Below, piece by piece: positions 1-13,095 of a stretch of 64,000 bases of DNA. Position 1 is the first letter of the stretch. Every line of letters starts with the position of its first letter. Origin of the DNA: Yuukianura sp. NJ FZ-2021 (taxonomy: Eukaryota). The DNA is taken from positions 744,001 through 808,000 of the forward strand of contig CM102284.1 of NCBI GenBank assembly GCA_046563655.1, in the 5' to 3' direction. A model generated the notes under the pieces. It saw only the letters and a program-made list of their open reading frames with translations. It made no database searches and was not told the origin of the DNA. The position numbers were made by a program, and so were the translations under genes.

Positions 1-47
1 AATTGTGCCATATTTTCGAAATTTTGAATTTGATTTGTCTTTACAAG

Positions 48-3000
48 GCCCTGGGGGTGAAAAAGGCGATCGTGGTTTCGACGGCCTTCCGGGATTGGCT
101 GGCGAAAGAGGCGAAACTGGCAAGGAGGGTCGTGACGGTATCAAAGGCGACGTCGGCAATCCTGGTTTCCCGGGTAATTTCAAAACAATTTAAAATTTTG
201 AATTTTCTTTTGGAATTTTAAAGAACCCATAACTAGTACTAACGAGCATAATAATTTTCTGTCGCAGGTCGTGCTGGAAATCCTGGTCTGAGCGGCCCGA
301 AGGGCGACAGGGCTTGCCAGGGCCAATCGGCCCTAAAGGTGGGGAAACTCACCACTTAATTACATAAATTTAATTAAAATGTAATTAATTCAATTATTAA
401 CAACTAACTTATTTTTTGATCATTTTTTTAGGAAATAGAGGTTTTGATGGGAGGCAAGGCGAACGCGGACCAGCGGGTGAACCTGGTCAGTTTTTCCGAA
501 ACATCGAAGTTCTTGATTCCAAATGCTTGTTTTCAGAATGAAATGAATTATCTTAAAGAAAATGTTTCGACTTTCAAAATTTTGAAAAATCTCTTATGTT
601 ACAGGTCTTTTCGGCGAAAAGGGAGATCAAGGCCTGCCAGGCTTTGGGCCTCCAGGTAAAGTATGAGTATTTTTTATATTTTGTAACTTATTTAATTCTT
701 TTTGTAAAATGTTTAAAATATTTCTACATTTCATAGGATTTCCCGGTCAGAAGGGCGATCCTGGGCCTCAGGTATTAATTTATAATTATAAATAAATAAT
801 TAAAATATTAATAATAATAATTGAACTATAATTAATTAATTAATAATCAATATATAAATAACTCTTTGCTCCTCTCATCACTTTAATTAAATTTTAGTAT
901 GTGCGTTACTGTTTCTAGGGACCGCCCGGCGCCAGTGGTCTTCCCGGGCTCAAGGGCAATGACGGTCTTCCAGGTACGTGAAACATTTTACCAAAATAAT
1001 TTCAAAATCCGTCTTTCAATTTCGGAAAACAATTTTTGATAGGTTTTCCGGGCCAAGTGGGCGAGAAAGGTAGCGCGGGTATGCCCGGGACGCCAGGTCA
1101 GTGACCTTTGTGACATTTTTTCAAACTTTTAGTCCCAAGTTTTCAAAGTTGAAGTTAGAATTTTGAAATTTAAATTTTCCCGCTTGCATTTGTGTTGTGT
1201 GGTAGGCGCTCCCGGGGATGTCGGTGAGCGCGGTTTTCCTGGCGAAGCTGGACCTAAGGGTGACGAGGGCGAAAGTGGCATTCAGGGTCAAGGCGGCTTG
1301 GACGGACCGAAGGGTGACCGCGGTTTACCGGTAAATTTCAATTCCAAAATTTTAAAGTTTTCAAAATAATACCAAAATTTCGAAGCCAAAATTTGTTATT
1401 TTTTTTTAAAGTTTTTTAAAGTCAAATTTTAATTACTTCCTCAATTGGTTGTAGGGACTTGATGGTCCAGTGGGATTTCCAGGTGAAAAGGTAACATTAC
1501 CTTCTTTAATATAATAAAAATAATATAAAATATAATAACATATGATAAAAATATTTAAAAATGTATACTTAAATGCTAAATTTATGTTTGATATTAGGGC
1601 GGGAAAGGTGAGGCTGGCCAAGCAACGTTTGGTCAGCAGGGAGTTGACGGCCAGAAGGGCGATAAAGGTGATTTAGGCTTCCCGGGTATTGCCGGCCGAC
1701 CCGGAAGCAAAGGCGATCGCGGTTTTCCGGGAGCTAACGGACGACCCGGCTCAGACGTAAGCCTAACAGCGTCTTACTATTATTATATTTAAATTTATTT
1801 TATAACTAATATTATATTACTAAAACGTCATTTTGTTTACATATTAGGGTCTCCCAGGTCAAAAAGGTCAACCTGGTAAGTACTTGATACACAAAATTGT
1901 GGCGATAAATAAAAAGTGCTATTTTTATGTAATTGCATGTACATAAGTATTATAAATTACATTAATCTAATAACTAAAATAATCATTATTCAAAATAATT
2001 TGAAAATTACAATTAATAATCTAATTGTGTAATTGATTACAATTGTTTGTAATCGTAATATAATCAATTACTTTTTGAGTAATCAAAAATGCTTTTTGAT
2101 ATACTAGAATATTTAAAAAATCGATTAATTTCAGGTTTTGATTACGGAGAAAGCGAGAATCATTATATGTAATTGAAATTAATCATAAATTTATAATAAT
2201 TAAGTTTTATAATTTAATAATAATTTTATTTTTAGTAATGTAATTTATAATCATGGCAGGACCAAGAGAGATAAATTTCGACACCGATGTAAATGCAACA
2301 ATTAATTTTAATTTTCAAAAATAAGTTCATAATCTGAAATTCAAAAAAAATTTTTTTAAATTAATTTTATCCTAATATAATTGTCTTAGGAGAATTTGGA
2401 AAAAGTATAAATTTTTTTTTTATAATTTAAAATTGTTTTTTTTTTGTTGGATGTAGGTGCTGCTGGTGCAAGGAAGAGGTGAATTTTTGAACCGGTTACT
2501 CATAAAATATTTCACATTTTTAAAAATTGAATCAAAACGAGTTCAAATCTGAAATTCAAAAAACAAAAAGATTATTTTCAAATTGAACTTTTGAAAACTA
2601 GGCCTCCAAGGTACCAAGGGCGATCAAGGTTTTCCAGGCCCCAGAGGTAGGTTTTTGGAAAATAGTAATCGAATTTTTTTTTTAAATTGAATTTCAAAGT
2701 TTTGAATTGTTTATTTTTGTTGTATTGTAGGTAATGATGGCGAAGAAGGAGGAATCGGTAAGTTTTTGAACTCAGTTATTCATAAGATGTAGACACTTTT
2801 CAAGTTTCAAAAGACTTTCAAAATTTCAAAAGAGTCGCGACGCATGATTAACCTTCTAATTTTCCAATTCTTTTAGGACCGGCAGGCAGTGCAGGACCAC
2901 AAGGACCAGACGGTTCACCAGGGTTAGAAAGTTTTCACTTGAAATTTAATTTTTGTTTTTTTTTTAAATTCTCGTTGTAGATGTTTCTAAAACTGATTTC

Positions 3001-5414
3001 CTTCCATGTTTTTTCAGTTTTCCCGGCGAAAAGGGAGATAGAGGTAACACAAATATTAAAAATAAAAATGTTTTTTTTTAAATGCAAAGACGACAAACGC
3101 ATTTTTTAAATTTAAACATGAAAAATGTAATTTTCTTTAAATTTAAAGACAAATACATGCTTTTTAAAGTGAAAAGATGCAGAACAAAAATTTTTTTTTG
3201 CGCAGGTCCGCCTGGATTTGTGTCCGAAAAGGGCGAAAGAGGTGCCAAGGGCGATCGCGGTTCAGATGGATTTCCCGGACCGATCGGCCCAATCGGCCCG
3301 AAGGGTGACAGAGGTAGGGACGGAATTCCTGGTCTCAAGGGTACACGCGGTGACAGAGGCGAACCAGGCTCAACTTGCCTGCCAGGCGAACCGGGTAATT
3401 ACTAAATGAATTACTTAGTAATTACTAATGAATTACTTACTAATACTAATAAATTAGTTAATTACTAATGAATTACTTACTAATACTAATAAATTAGTTA
3501 ATTACTAATGAATTACTTAGTAATACTACCGAATTACTTAGTAATTACTGATGAATTACATAGTAATACTAATGAATTACTTAATTACTTCGGAATTACT
3601 AATGAATTAGTACGTACAAGTTAATTACAACGTGCAAAATTACCAATGTGCGTTGTTCTTGCAGGTATGCCTGGTAACCCCGGGGCGAACGGATCCCCAG
3701 GTAATTTATGAACTTCTTGCTTTTAGAACTGAAATTTTGAAACTTCAACTAAAGATTTAACCAAAAATTTTGAATTTCGTTAAGGTATGCCTGGCTTGAA
3801 GGGCGAGCCCGGTCGTCATGGCCCACCAGGAATTGGAGGTCTGCCGGGCCCACCCGGTGGGAAGGGCGATCGTGGTTTCGACGGTCCACGCGGAATAGCC
3901 GGTAATATTACGATATTTCAAATTTATGTCTTTTCGCACGCTTATTCCGTTCAAATTTGAATTGGAAATTGGAATTTACGTCTTAGGTGTGCCTGGTAGT
4001 CCCGGACCAAAAGGAAGACAAGGCAGACCCTGCGAGGAACTAGGCGACTATTTATCCGGCATCCTATTGGTTCGTCACAGTCAGAGCACGACTGTTCCAG
4101 AATGTCCGGCAGGCCAGACCAAACTGTGGGACGGATACAGCTTACTGTATATCGAGGGTAACGAAAAGGCACATCACCAAGACCTTGGGTTTGCCGGTGA
4201 GTAATTGCAATGATTAAGTAAGGAATTATATGATTACTGACCTTGATTGACCCCATGTAACACGAACCTTGTTGATTTCAGGCTCCTGTATCCGCCGATT
4301 TAGCACAATGCCATTCCTGTTCTGTGACATCAACGACGTCTGCAACTACGCCAGCAGAAATGACAAGTCATACTGGCTCAGCACAAATGGACCACTACCC
4401 ATGATGCCTGTCAGCGAAGATGCCATTCGACCACATATCTCGCGCTGCTCAGTCTGCGAAGCTCCAACTAATGTGATTGCTGTACACAGCCAGTCCCAGT
4501 CCATTCCGAACTGTCCAGGAGGATGGTCTCAGCTCTGGATCGGATATTCCTTTGTCATGGTAATCAGCTGTAAAGTTAAAATTGACTTGTATAGCTAATC
4601 TAATTCCTTTGTTTACTTCTCCGTCTATAACTTGTCGATTTTACGTCGAAATTGACTATTGCTTCAAATATTAATGGGTGACAATAAGGTCAAATTTGCG
4701 TAACTAATTATTTGCGGCGGATTTCCGTACGACACATTACCGTATACCCGTATATTACCGTCTAGAGTATATACAGCATATTACGGATTACGGAATGTTA
4801 CCGTATGGATTCCTTGCCATTCTATCAAATGCCATTGCGTCAACTGGAATTGTATCAACGCTCAAATGTGTCGACGCCTACATGCATCAACGGACCTAAA
4901 GCAAAAGTAATCTAAGCTCAGTTAAGCATTTGACACGTTGAAACTTGATAGAGTTAAACGTCGAGTTGAACAGCTGAGACACTTATTCTAGTTGTCACAA
5001 TTCAGCTGATATAATGGCAGTTGATGCAGTTCAATTGGCATAATGGCGTGCTCCAACTGTATATGTACAGTATATTACGGTAAATTACAGTGTAAAGAGC
5101 ATGCTACGGAATGTTACAGCATCACATTACAATTAATTTGATCTGTTTACTTACAGTACACAGCTGCTGGTGCAGAAGGTGGTGGTCAGTCACTGGCATC
5201 TCCTGGTTCATGCCTGGAACACTTCCGTGCAACACCATTTATAGAGTGTAACGGTGCGAGAGGAACTTGTCACTACTTTGCAAACAAGTATTCCTTCTGG
5301 TTAGCCACAATTGAGGATGCACAGCAGTTCCAGAGACCGGCGAGTGAGACACTGAAGAGTGGATACCTCCGAAATCGGATCAGTAGGTGTCAAGTTTGCA
5401 TCAAGAGTAGCTAG
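48..5414 (+). CDS. Col4a1: Type IV collagen alpha chain (Cg25C/Col4a1-like), 3' part; many short Gly-X-Y exons, then the NC1 domain
   Basis: Gly-X-Y exons bounded by AG/GT (e.g. 48-173, 432-485, 3206-3394). NC1 reads [13 protein letters not shown]...[15 protein letters not shown]...PMMPV...[19 protein letters not shown]...[10 protein letters not shown], stop at 5412-5414. The gene starts upstream of the window. One apparent 1-nt deletion at ~309. Confidence 0.95.
3397..3630. repeat. AT-rich intronic tandem repeat, ~40-bp unit (aattactaatgaattacttactaatactaataaattagt)
   Basis: Several near-identical then decaying units in a collagen intron. Confidence 0.8.
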
Positions 5415-7026
5415 AAGTTCGGTGACAAATTGTGCACACAAGGATTCCATTTTTTGGTTAATTACAGCTAGATAAAGTTAAATACTCACTGCCAAAGTCA
5501 ACTAAATTTTAACATTTAGTCACAAACATAATAGAAAGTGTTCAAATTCACTGCCATACTTTTGACCTTGACCTCAGGAGCTTTTTAAATCGTAATTTTC
5601 TTTTAGTGTCACTAGATTTTGTAAAAGTTTAGACTAATTTGTAACTTTGAGTGATTACACGGCACAACTTAACTTTTGATTCATAACTTTGTAAATTGTT
5701 GTACAATTTAACACATACCTGTACCCTACGTGCACATAGTAAAAACAAAATTTAGATTTCAACAAAATACCAAAGTTTTAGGATAAATCACCACCAATGT
5801 TGAGTGAGTTGTAATAAATTTTGAGACTTGTGGTTGGTTATCGGTTTACGTCAATGTTGCTTTTATCGTCATCCAACAATTTTCCTTCCAATTTGTGTTG
5901 ACCTTAACGTCGAAGGTCAATTCTCTCGCACAGAACAAGTCAACGTGAGCTATCCAGCATTTGGAATTTACCAAAAGAAGAATCAGTTACCCAATGCAAT
6001 TTCTTTTTCCGAATCTCTAAAACGTTCTACCCTTACGTTTTTACTGTTTAAATTTTGAAAACCTATTAATTCTTTTGTTATAATTATTCCAAACAGTGTT
6101 GCTAGACGCTTAAGCGTCCAGTGGCTTAATTGCCATTTCCACTGGAAGAATTACACCGAAATGGATGAAAATTTTTGTGGATGGAACAAATGAAGAATGT
6201 AGCGCGAAATTCAAAATAATTCAAATTTAAAATTACAAAATAATAACAAAAAAAGTTTCTTTGATCGTTAAAATTAATCGTTTATTTAGGACTCATACAA
6301 AAACGATATGTCCTTCATTGTTGTATGGTATTTTGAATTACTTAAGCTCTTTTGTATTTAACTACCTAATTCAAACCCCAGGGAAACCCCCGCCCGTTTG
6401 TATTCTTTCATTTCGTTCATTTCTTCGACTGGATATTCAGCCGTGGACGAAATGTCGAAAAAGTGGATATTCAGCTACACTGATTCCAAACATATCATAG
6501 CTATGAAACTTTTAAAGAAGTTTTAATTATAAGGTTTCCACTTTATAGATTGTTTGGTAGAAGTACGGGAGACGTATTTTGGTGTTTCATCCCCATTGTA
6601 ATTGTAACATCCTCTAACATCCTGGTTGTGTTACACAATGAAAGAACTCTTATGTTTTCTTATTATGGCATATGTAAGGACTCTTAGTCTTTTCTCAACG
6701 TTATCCTATTTCTTTGGAAATTGAAGTCTACACTTAGGTTATTTCCTGACGATATTTTTCAGAAATTGATCCCACTGCCCCCGCTAATGCCAATTGCGTT
6801 GTTGCGCAACGAGATTGCATTTTGCATTTGTCAGGACTCTCAGTCTTATCTCAACCTTATGGCACTTCTTTGGAAAATAACAATTTTTCACAGGAAACAG
6901 AACTGATAAACTCGCTAACTCATTTTTTATTCAGCAAAAGTTAAGACCATGAGAATACGAGGCCCAGAATAAAAGGGCGTTGTACATACCACCCAACATC
7001 AGTCAGTCATTATTTTTGACAACAGA

Positions 7027-7959
7027 ATGGCTTATTTACTTTCATACGTATACGTCATCATAACAATATGTTGTTACCAAGCAACTTCATTGGACCTAGG
7101 ACCGGTTGAACAACGGTTGTCTGATGCCATAGCAAACAGTTACCTAAACGGTAGACTCTCGGAACCTAAACGACTCCAACTACAGGGGTACTTGACAAAT
7201 ATCAAGGAGGGAAATCGGGACACTAGAAAGTTGGCCAGAAGTCTCCTTGCAAACGAACTCGTTAGCCAGAACGAAGATCTTGACTTACGGGCAGAAGCAA
7301 GAGGATACCATGGTGCTGTAAAGGCAATCAGACCTCTTCCGATCAGATTTTCACAGCCCTCCATCAACCCCAATTTCGCGGGAGGCGGTACTGGGTTCAT
7401 CCATGCTAACCAACCAGTAGTTAATGTGGCAAGAAATCCTGCGTTCGAATCAAACGATTTTAGACTTTCTGGCATTATAAAAAGGATAACTGTCCACAAA
7501 CCTGGGAAACCACCAAAGCAAAAGGTGGTAGTAATCGCGGACAACAATCGTGGACTCGCAGCTCATGCTGGGGCGAGCCAGCCAGTGAAAAATGTGGTTA
7601 TTAAACAAACGTTGGACAATCAGAATACACTTAATACCCTTGGTGGAACCGGTGTGAAGCATATTGCCTTTGGGAGAAAAGAAGACAATGGAAATCTGCC
7701 GAGACCTCCAGTTGAAACTGACCAAAATAGGCCACTTCCCCCCATTTGGAGAAATAACAAGGGAATTTCTATTCAGAGCAAAACGAAAATAGGGGCACGT
7801 TGGACGGAAGTACCAAATACACCAATTAATCTTAATAGAAACCCACCCCCAGCGGCCCGTGCGGCCCCACCCCAAAGACGACATTCATTGCCACCACCTA
7901 GCCTTAATAGAAACCCACGCCCAGCGGCCCCAGCCCCAAGACGGCATTCATTTTCTTAA
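7027..7959 (+). CDS. Intronless secreted orphan protein, 310 aa, basic, with Pro/Arg-rich repeated C-terminus
   Basis: Hydrophobic N-terminus MAYLLSYVYVIITICCYQATS. Inr-like TCAGTC at ~6999, AATAAA at ~8120. Duplicated LNRNP..AAP..RRHS motif. Confidence 0.75.
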   Translation: MAYLLSYVYVIITICCYQATSLDLGPVEQRLSDAIANSYLNGRLSEPKRLQLQGYLTNIKEGNRDTRKLARSLLANELVSQNEDLDLRAEARGYHGAVKAIRPLPIRFSQPSINPNFAGGGTGFIHANQPVVNVARNPAFESNDFRLSGIIKRITVHKPGKPPKQKVVVIADNNRGLAAHAGASQPVKNVVIKQTLDNQNTLNTLGGTGVKHIAFGRKEDNGNLPRPPVETDQNRPLPPIWRNNKGISIQSKTKIGARWTEVPNTPINLNRNPPPAARAAPPQRRHSLPPPSLNRNPRPAAPAPRRHSFS

Positions 7960-9048
7960 GTTAAGAAATGCTTGTAATTATGTGCATTATACGCAAGGGA
8001 ATTAATGACCAAATTCAAACTAATAGTACGCCTGTAGTCACTAACACTCAACTTGAACGTTCCCGTATCATACAAAGTTAAAGGTAACCTTGATTCGTGT
8101 TTTAAGAGTGTCTTTAAACAATAAAACTTGTTCTTGAAATGAAAATGGTCTTGGAAGGACCCTCAACTTAATAATATTCTTCTTCAAATCCAAATACGTT
8201 TCAAACTCTTGTCTCCAAATATTTGGCGTACACAAATGCTTACTCGATGGCCACTATTTATTGTTGGTCAATTATAATGCAAGCATTGAAATGACCGATT
8301 GATTGGCAATTAAAAATGTACTTTTTTCCCCCATTTTTGCAATTGCGAACTTTATATCATTAGTTGAATACATTACAAGTAAACACATTCAAGTAGTTAT
8401 TGAGAATGACGGTAGCTGCTCGGAAAGTAGGTGCGTGAGACTAATCTGACGTCAAGTGAGAGAAGTGAGACAGATAAGTAGAATTAACTTTTACAGAGAA
8501 AGGATGATATCTGCTTCTGCAGAATGTGCAGACTGCACATTCTGTTCATGTCTGAGGATTCGTCCCCCCAGAATTAGTGACTCAGACACACACACAAAGA
8601 CATCAAATTTGTTGTAAGAAGGGGGCTTGTTTCACAACCTAACATTAATCGTTTTCCGTAATTATTATCGAACAAAATCGTTGATCCTTCAACTATCAAG
8701 CAAGGTAAGAGTCAGTCGTTGTTGTGAGTAATTTTCATGAATTCACAAACTCAGTAATCGGTTAGTTTAAAGAATCAGCTGATTGTGATTGTGATGAATC
8801 AGTGATTCAGAATCACCGTTCCTCCTGCTTATGACGTAGTGGATTGATTACAAGTTAACATTTTGATAACCTTTGGGTGGGTTTCATATTTTGTCCAGAA
8901 TCCATTCAGTACCTTGCGTTTTAGACTGACCTTGACCGTCATTGTCTCATTTCTAGAATCGGAGGAGGAGTTGGTGGAAGTAATCAACTGAATTTCATTC
9001 TCAATCGGAACTTGCTAAATCCACAAATCAATCAAACTGGGTGGGGAA

Positions 9049-9893
9049 ATGTCAACAAGTGCAATGGAGAGTAAGTACACTAACCTTGATAATAAGAATT
9101 CAATTACATATGTCAGCTTTTTCCGTTAATCAATTTCATTCAATGTGCAGATCATCTGTTCAATATGAAGTTTGCAGTAAAGGAGTTGGAGCGGAGCTCA
9201 AAGAAGGCCGACAAGGAAGAGAAGGCTGAAAAGTTAAAGTGCAAAAAGGCCATTGCAAAGAACAACATGGACGTGGCCCGAATCCATGCCGAGAATGCCA
9301 TTCGCCAGAAGAATCAAAGTTTGAATTACCTTCGAATGGCTGCTCGAGTAGATGCAGTTGTTAGTCGTGTACAATCAGCCTTAACCACCAGAAAAGTAAC
9401 GTCATAAGGGCTAAAACTATTTAATCGATTAATCGTACAAGATTTAAGATCCTTCTTGGACTATCCGAATTACCTTTGTCTGTTTTGTAGGTGACGACAG
9501 CCATGAACGGAGTCGTTAAATCGATGGATGCTGCCATGCGAAGTATGAACTTGGAACAGATGTCTTCCCTCATGGACAAGTTTGAGAAACAATTTGAAGA
9601 TTTGGATGTCCAGAGCTCCTATATGGAAGGTACTTCTACTTACTTGAATTACTTGAGAGATTACATGAAATACTTACCAAATCCATGTAATTATGTTAGG
9701 AACGATGAGTGCCAGCTCAACTACGAGCGTTCCGGTCAACGACGTGGATAATCTGATGCAGGCAGTTGCAGATGAGGCTGGACTGGAACTAAACATGGAC
9801 CTCCCCCGCGGAGAAACGGAGTCCATTGCCTCTACGCAAGTGAGCCACGAACAAGATGAACTCACAGCTCGCTTGGCTCGTCTTCGTGAATAA
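9049..9893 (+). CDS. Chmp1: Charged multivesicular body protein 1 (ESCRT-III), 4 coding exons
   Basis: Spliced product MSTSAMENHLFNMKFAVKEL...ARIHAENAIRQKNQ...MDKFEKQFEDLDVQ...QDELTARLARLRE (MIM1 tail). Confidence 0.96.
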
Positions 9894-10203
9894 TTGTCCC
9901 TAAAGTTACTAAAAACTGTCCACTAATTACTTAGAAATTCTTCAACCAATCACCATGCAAGAATGAAACTTTCGGAGGATTTTAAGGTGGTAGGTTTCTC
10001 ATAAAGTATTTTCATTTCCGTTCCTCCAAATTTACAAATTCCAAATTCGTTAGGAGTTCTACGCATATACTGAGCTATAATATTCTATAGAACGTTTCGA
10101 AATCGAATACTTTTTGTTGAAAACTTTTCAATTCCAATGCTAAATAACAATTCGCTCATGATTTGCCGCTAATGATCTATGTTAGTTCGACTAGGTTGCT
10201 AAT

Positions 10204-12682
10204 TCAGTTTTTCTGTTCGATACTGTTGTTCGGTACTGCAGAAGTACTGCTGTTCGGTACCGCAGTAGTGTTGCTGCTCTGTATTGCAGAAGTACTGCTG
10301 TTCGGTACTGCCGAGGTATTGCTACACGGAATGTCCGGAAATGTGTAGTTCGTCAATGAAGAGACGATTTGGCGCATTCTTTCAGCATTAACTTTTGCTG
10401 CTGCAACATGTGAGACTATTGGAATCGGATAGTCCGTTCCGATAATACAATTGGCATGGAGCTGAACTTCTTCTGGCGCTGACCAAGGTTCGTGGATGAA
10501 TTCAGCCGGAAACGACCGGAGAGCCGGAACATATTTTCTGGTAAGATTTCGATTACGAAATACTTATATGAAAACTTTGAAATTTTGAAAAATTTTCTTT
10601 TTCCTGTTTATAGTACCGAATGTATTCTCCAGTTGGATCAGTTTTCTTTCCAAATCGTACTGGACAAAGAGCATGGAAGAAGGGCTGGAAGAAGGAACTG
10701 CCGCTGTACCACAGCCAACTGCCAGCATTTGTCACCAAGTCAGCATCAATCAGCAGTTCATCAAACACCTGAAATCAACCAATCACAATGGAGAGTTTCT
10801 GCACAGAGCAACATTTGGGATACTGCCCAAGTACAAGTACTGCCCCAGTACTTGTATACCTTCAACCCTTCCTCCCACGATATCCAAAGTTGACCGCGAG
10901 TCAGAAAAGAAGCCACTGCATACCGTGCGACATGGTGGATCCAACCTTCCCGCCGCAGTTGCGTCATAATCGCGTCAATAAATGGGAAACCTTGAGAAAA
11001 ATTATTTAAAAAAAAAAAAAAACATTAACATTTCTGATTTCAAAAGTGGGAATTGGAATTCTTCTTATTAAGCGGACGAATTTCCCTACTAAATTTTTTG
11101 AGTCTTGAAATTTGGAATTCTGCTTTCTAAACAGACGAATTTTCCTTCTAAATTTCTAACGTAACCTAACGTATTGGAATTTGGAATTATGCTAGTTGCA
11201 TAGTGAAATTTTTCAAAAATTTGTCTGTTTTGTTTTCTAAAAAGAAAGCAGACCTGTCTGCCCATTGGTCCATTTGAAAAGTGCTTCAGGATTGGTGCTC
11301 CACGGAATTTGAAGACAGATAGCATTTCCGACCATTTTGTCAAAATTTTGATTCTGTAGTGCAACTGTTTCAAAAATTCAAAACATTAAAAAAAACAGAA
11401 ATCAATGAATTTGTTCAAAATTTCAGAATTTCGTTTTCAACCGAGGTAGAAAAATTCTCTCCAAAGGATTTGGGCAAAAACATTCAGCGGCGGCTCCACT
11501 TTTCCGTGTTTTTCATACATTTGTTTCAATTGGTAGAAAAATTCGCGTGTACTGATGCAGCCGAATCGCAAATACGGACTGATATCGGTATCAGATGCCA
11601 TCAGTGCCTAGTAAGTGTATGAATTGATTAAAAGAAGTAAATTAATTCATTAATATAATTTTATATTAATTGATTAATTTATATGTTTTTAGGTCAACCT
11701 TTGTCGTTAACTGCACTTTCTGAATGTCCTGCTCGCCGAATCGTTCCGAAGCTGCTCGTTCCAAATGTTTGGCCAATCGCTGCAGCCCTTCCGATTCTCC
11801 TCCCTTCCACAAATCGCTGATTTCAGCGCTTAAATCAGCGATTTCAGCACTGTTCCGTTGGACTCCGAGGTCCTGTAGTGTTGGCACTCCGAACTTGACC
11901 TTGAACTTGGGGTCAATCGGAGTATGTGGAAGATAGACTGGAGGTGGACAAGGGAGTTCAGGAGGCGGCAAAGTTTGAATTATTTCAAGAAAATGGCGGT
12001 AGGTTAGAGGAGAGTCGCCTCCGTTTTGCTCCAGAATCCTTTGTTCAAAATTTTTCATAAAATTCTTCATAATTTTTGAAATTGAAATTTAAAATTTTGA
12101 ATTTTGGGCATGCGCAAAGCTTACAACTGAGGTGCGTAGAGAGTGTGACTTTGGCGTGTAATGACGTTGACTCCAAGTAGTTCGCACTGTCTAACAATTG
12201 CTTGATCACGCGCACGAGCAAAAGGTTCCGGATCTTCTTCGAAGCTAAACGACGTCGTTTTCCATTCCTACAATGCAGTAAGAGGTAAAAACCAAAATTT
12301 TAAATTCCAGAATTTGAAAACTAACTTTAAAAAGTTGTGGAAGAACGTCAACCGGTTGACCTCTGACCACAAAAAGTCTGGAATTGAACTTCCTCAAGCT
12401 TTTGTCAAGGTCAGACAGACATTCCAAAAGGAACCTAGATAAAATATGTTAAAAATTTCAAAACTTGTTCACAAAATTTGAAATCTGAATTTGAAAGGTA
12501 AAAGGTCAATTTTTTGAAACTTGCCTCCACTTATTCTTTCCATCTGAAGCTGAGGTGACAAAGTACGGGTCAAGAATGAAAATACAGCGAATTGAGTCTG
12601 CCGCTTGAATCGCTTCAACCAGCGCTGGATTGTCGTGTAACCGCAGCCCTTTGGCACGAAACCAATGCACAACATTGTTCAT
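10204..12682 (-). CDS. cry2: Cryptochrome, mammalian-type/insect CRY2-like, divergent; multi-exon
   Basis: [96 protein letters not shown] helix. First intron is GC-AG. Stop at 10206-10204. Confidence 0.9.
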
Positions 12683-13095
12683 GTTGAACTTTGAACTGCC
12701 AGTATTTCACAAATACTGCCAGTATTTCACTAACCAATGCAACTTTCTCTTTTGGAGAAAACAAAATTTGTTCATTTTCTTTGCTCTGGGCACATACAAC
12801 GAGAAAACTAAGCCTCACGTGTTTTCTCCACACTTTTTTTTGTGAAAGTTTTCTTTAACAACGTGACCCACACACGTTGCACAACAGACGACTTCAAATA
12901 TCCTGAAAGAAACTTAAAAAAAAAGTTTTTGATCAAATTATGAAGTTTAATTAACATCGTGTTCAACCTAAGAAATGAGGTGTCATAAGTATTATACACT
13001 GTCATCTGCCAATAATTGTCACTACATTATACAAGTCTTAAAAATACAAAGTGTGAAGTTCGTTTGAATTGTTGATCCAAAGTGTGTTGATCCAA

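Noticed and set aside
3018-3043. Apparent frameshift in a 26-nt collagen exon
   Set aside because: The preceding exon ends in phase 2 (CCA GG|GT), so the frame is preserved.
6105-6146. Twin hairpins as a structured ncRNA or Helitron end
   Set aside because: The stems are short, there is no terminal CTRR at the expected spacing, and there is no other support.
7140-7884. Minus-strand ORFs of 135 and 144 aa
   Set aside because: Antisense shadows of the 310-aa plus-strand ORF, with no independent features.
10204-12682. (6-4) photolyase or Drosophila-type CRY1
   Set aside because: The lid (FFQPFFH..CPVRFG) and ERMRQI helix match CRY2/mammalian-type proteins, the second catalytic His is Tyr, and the flavin-facing residue is Asn rather than Cys.
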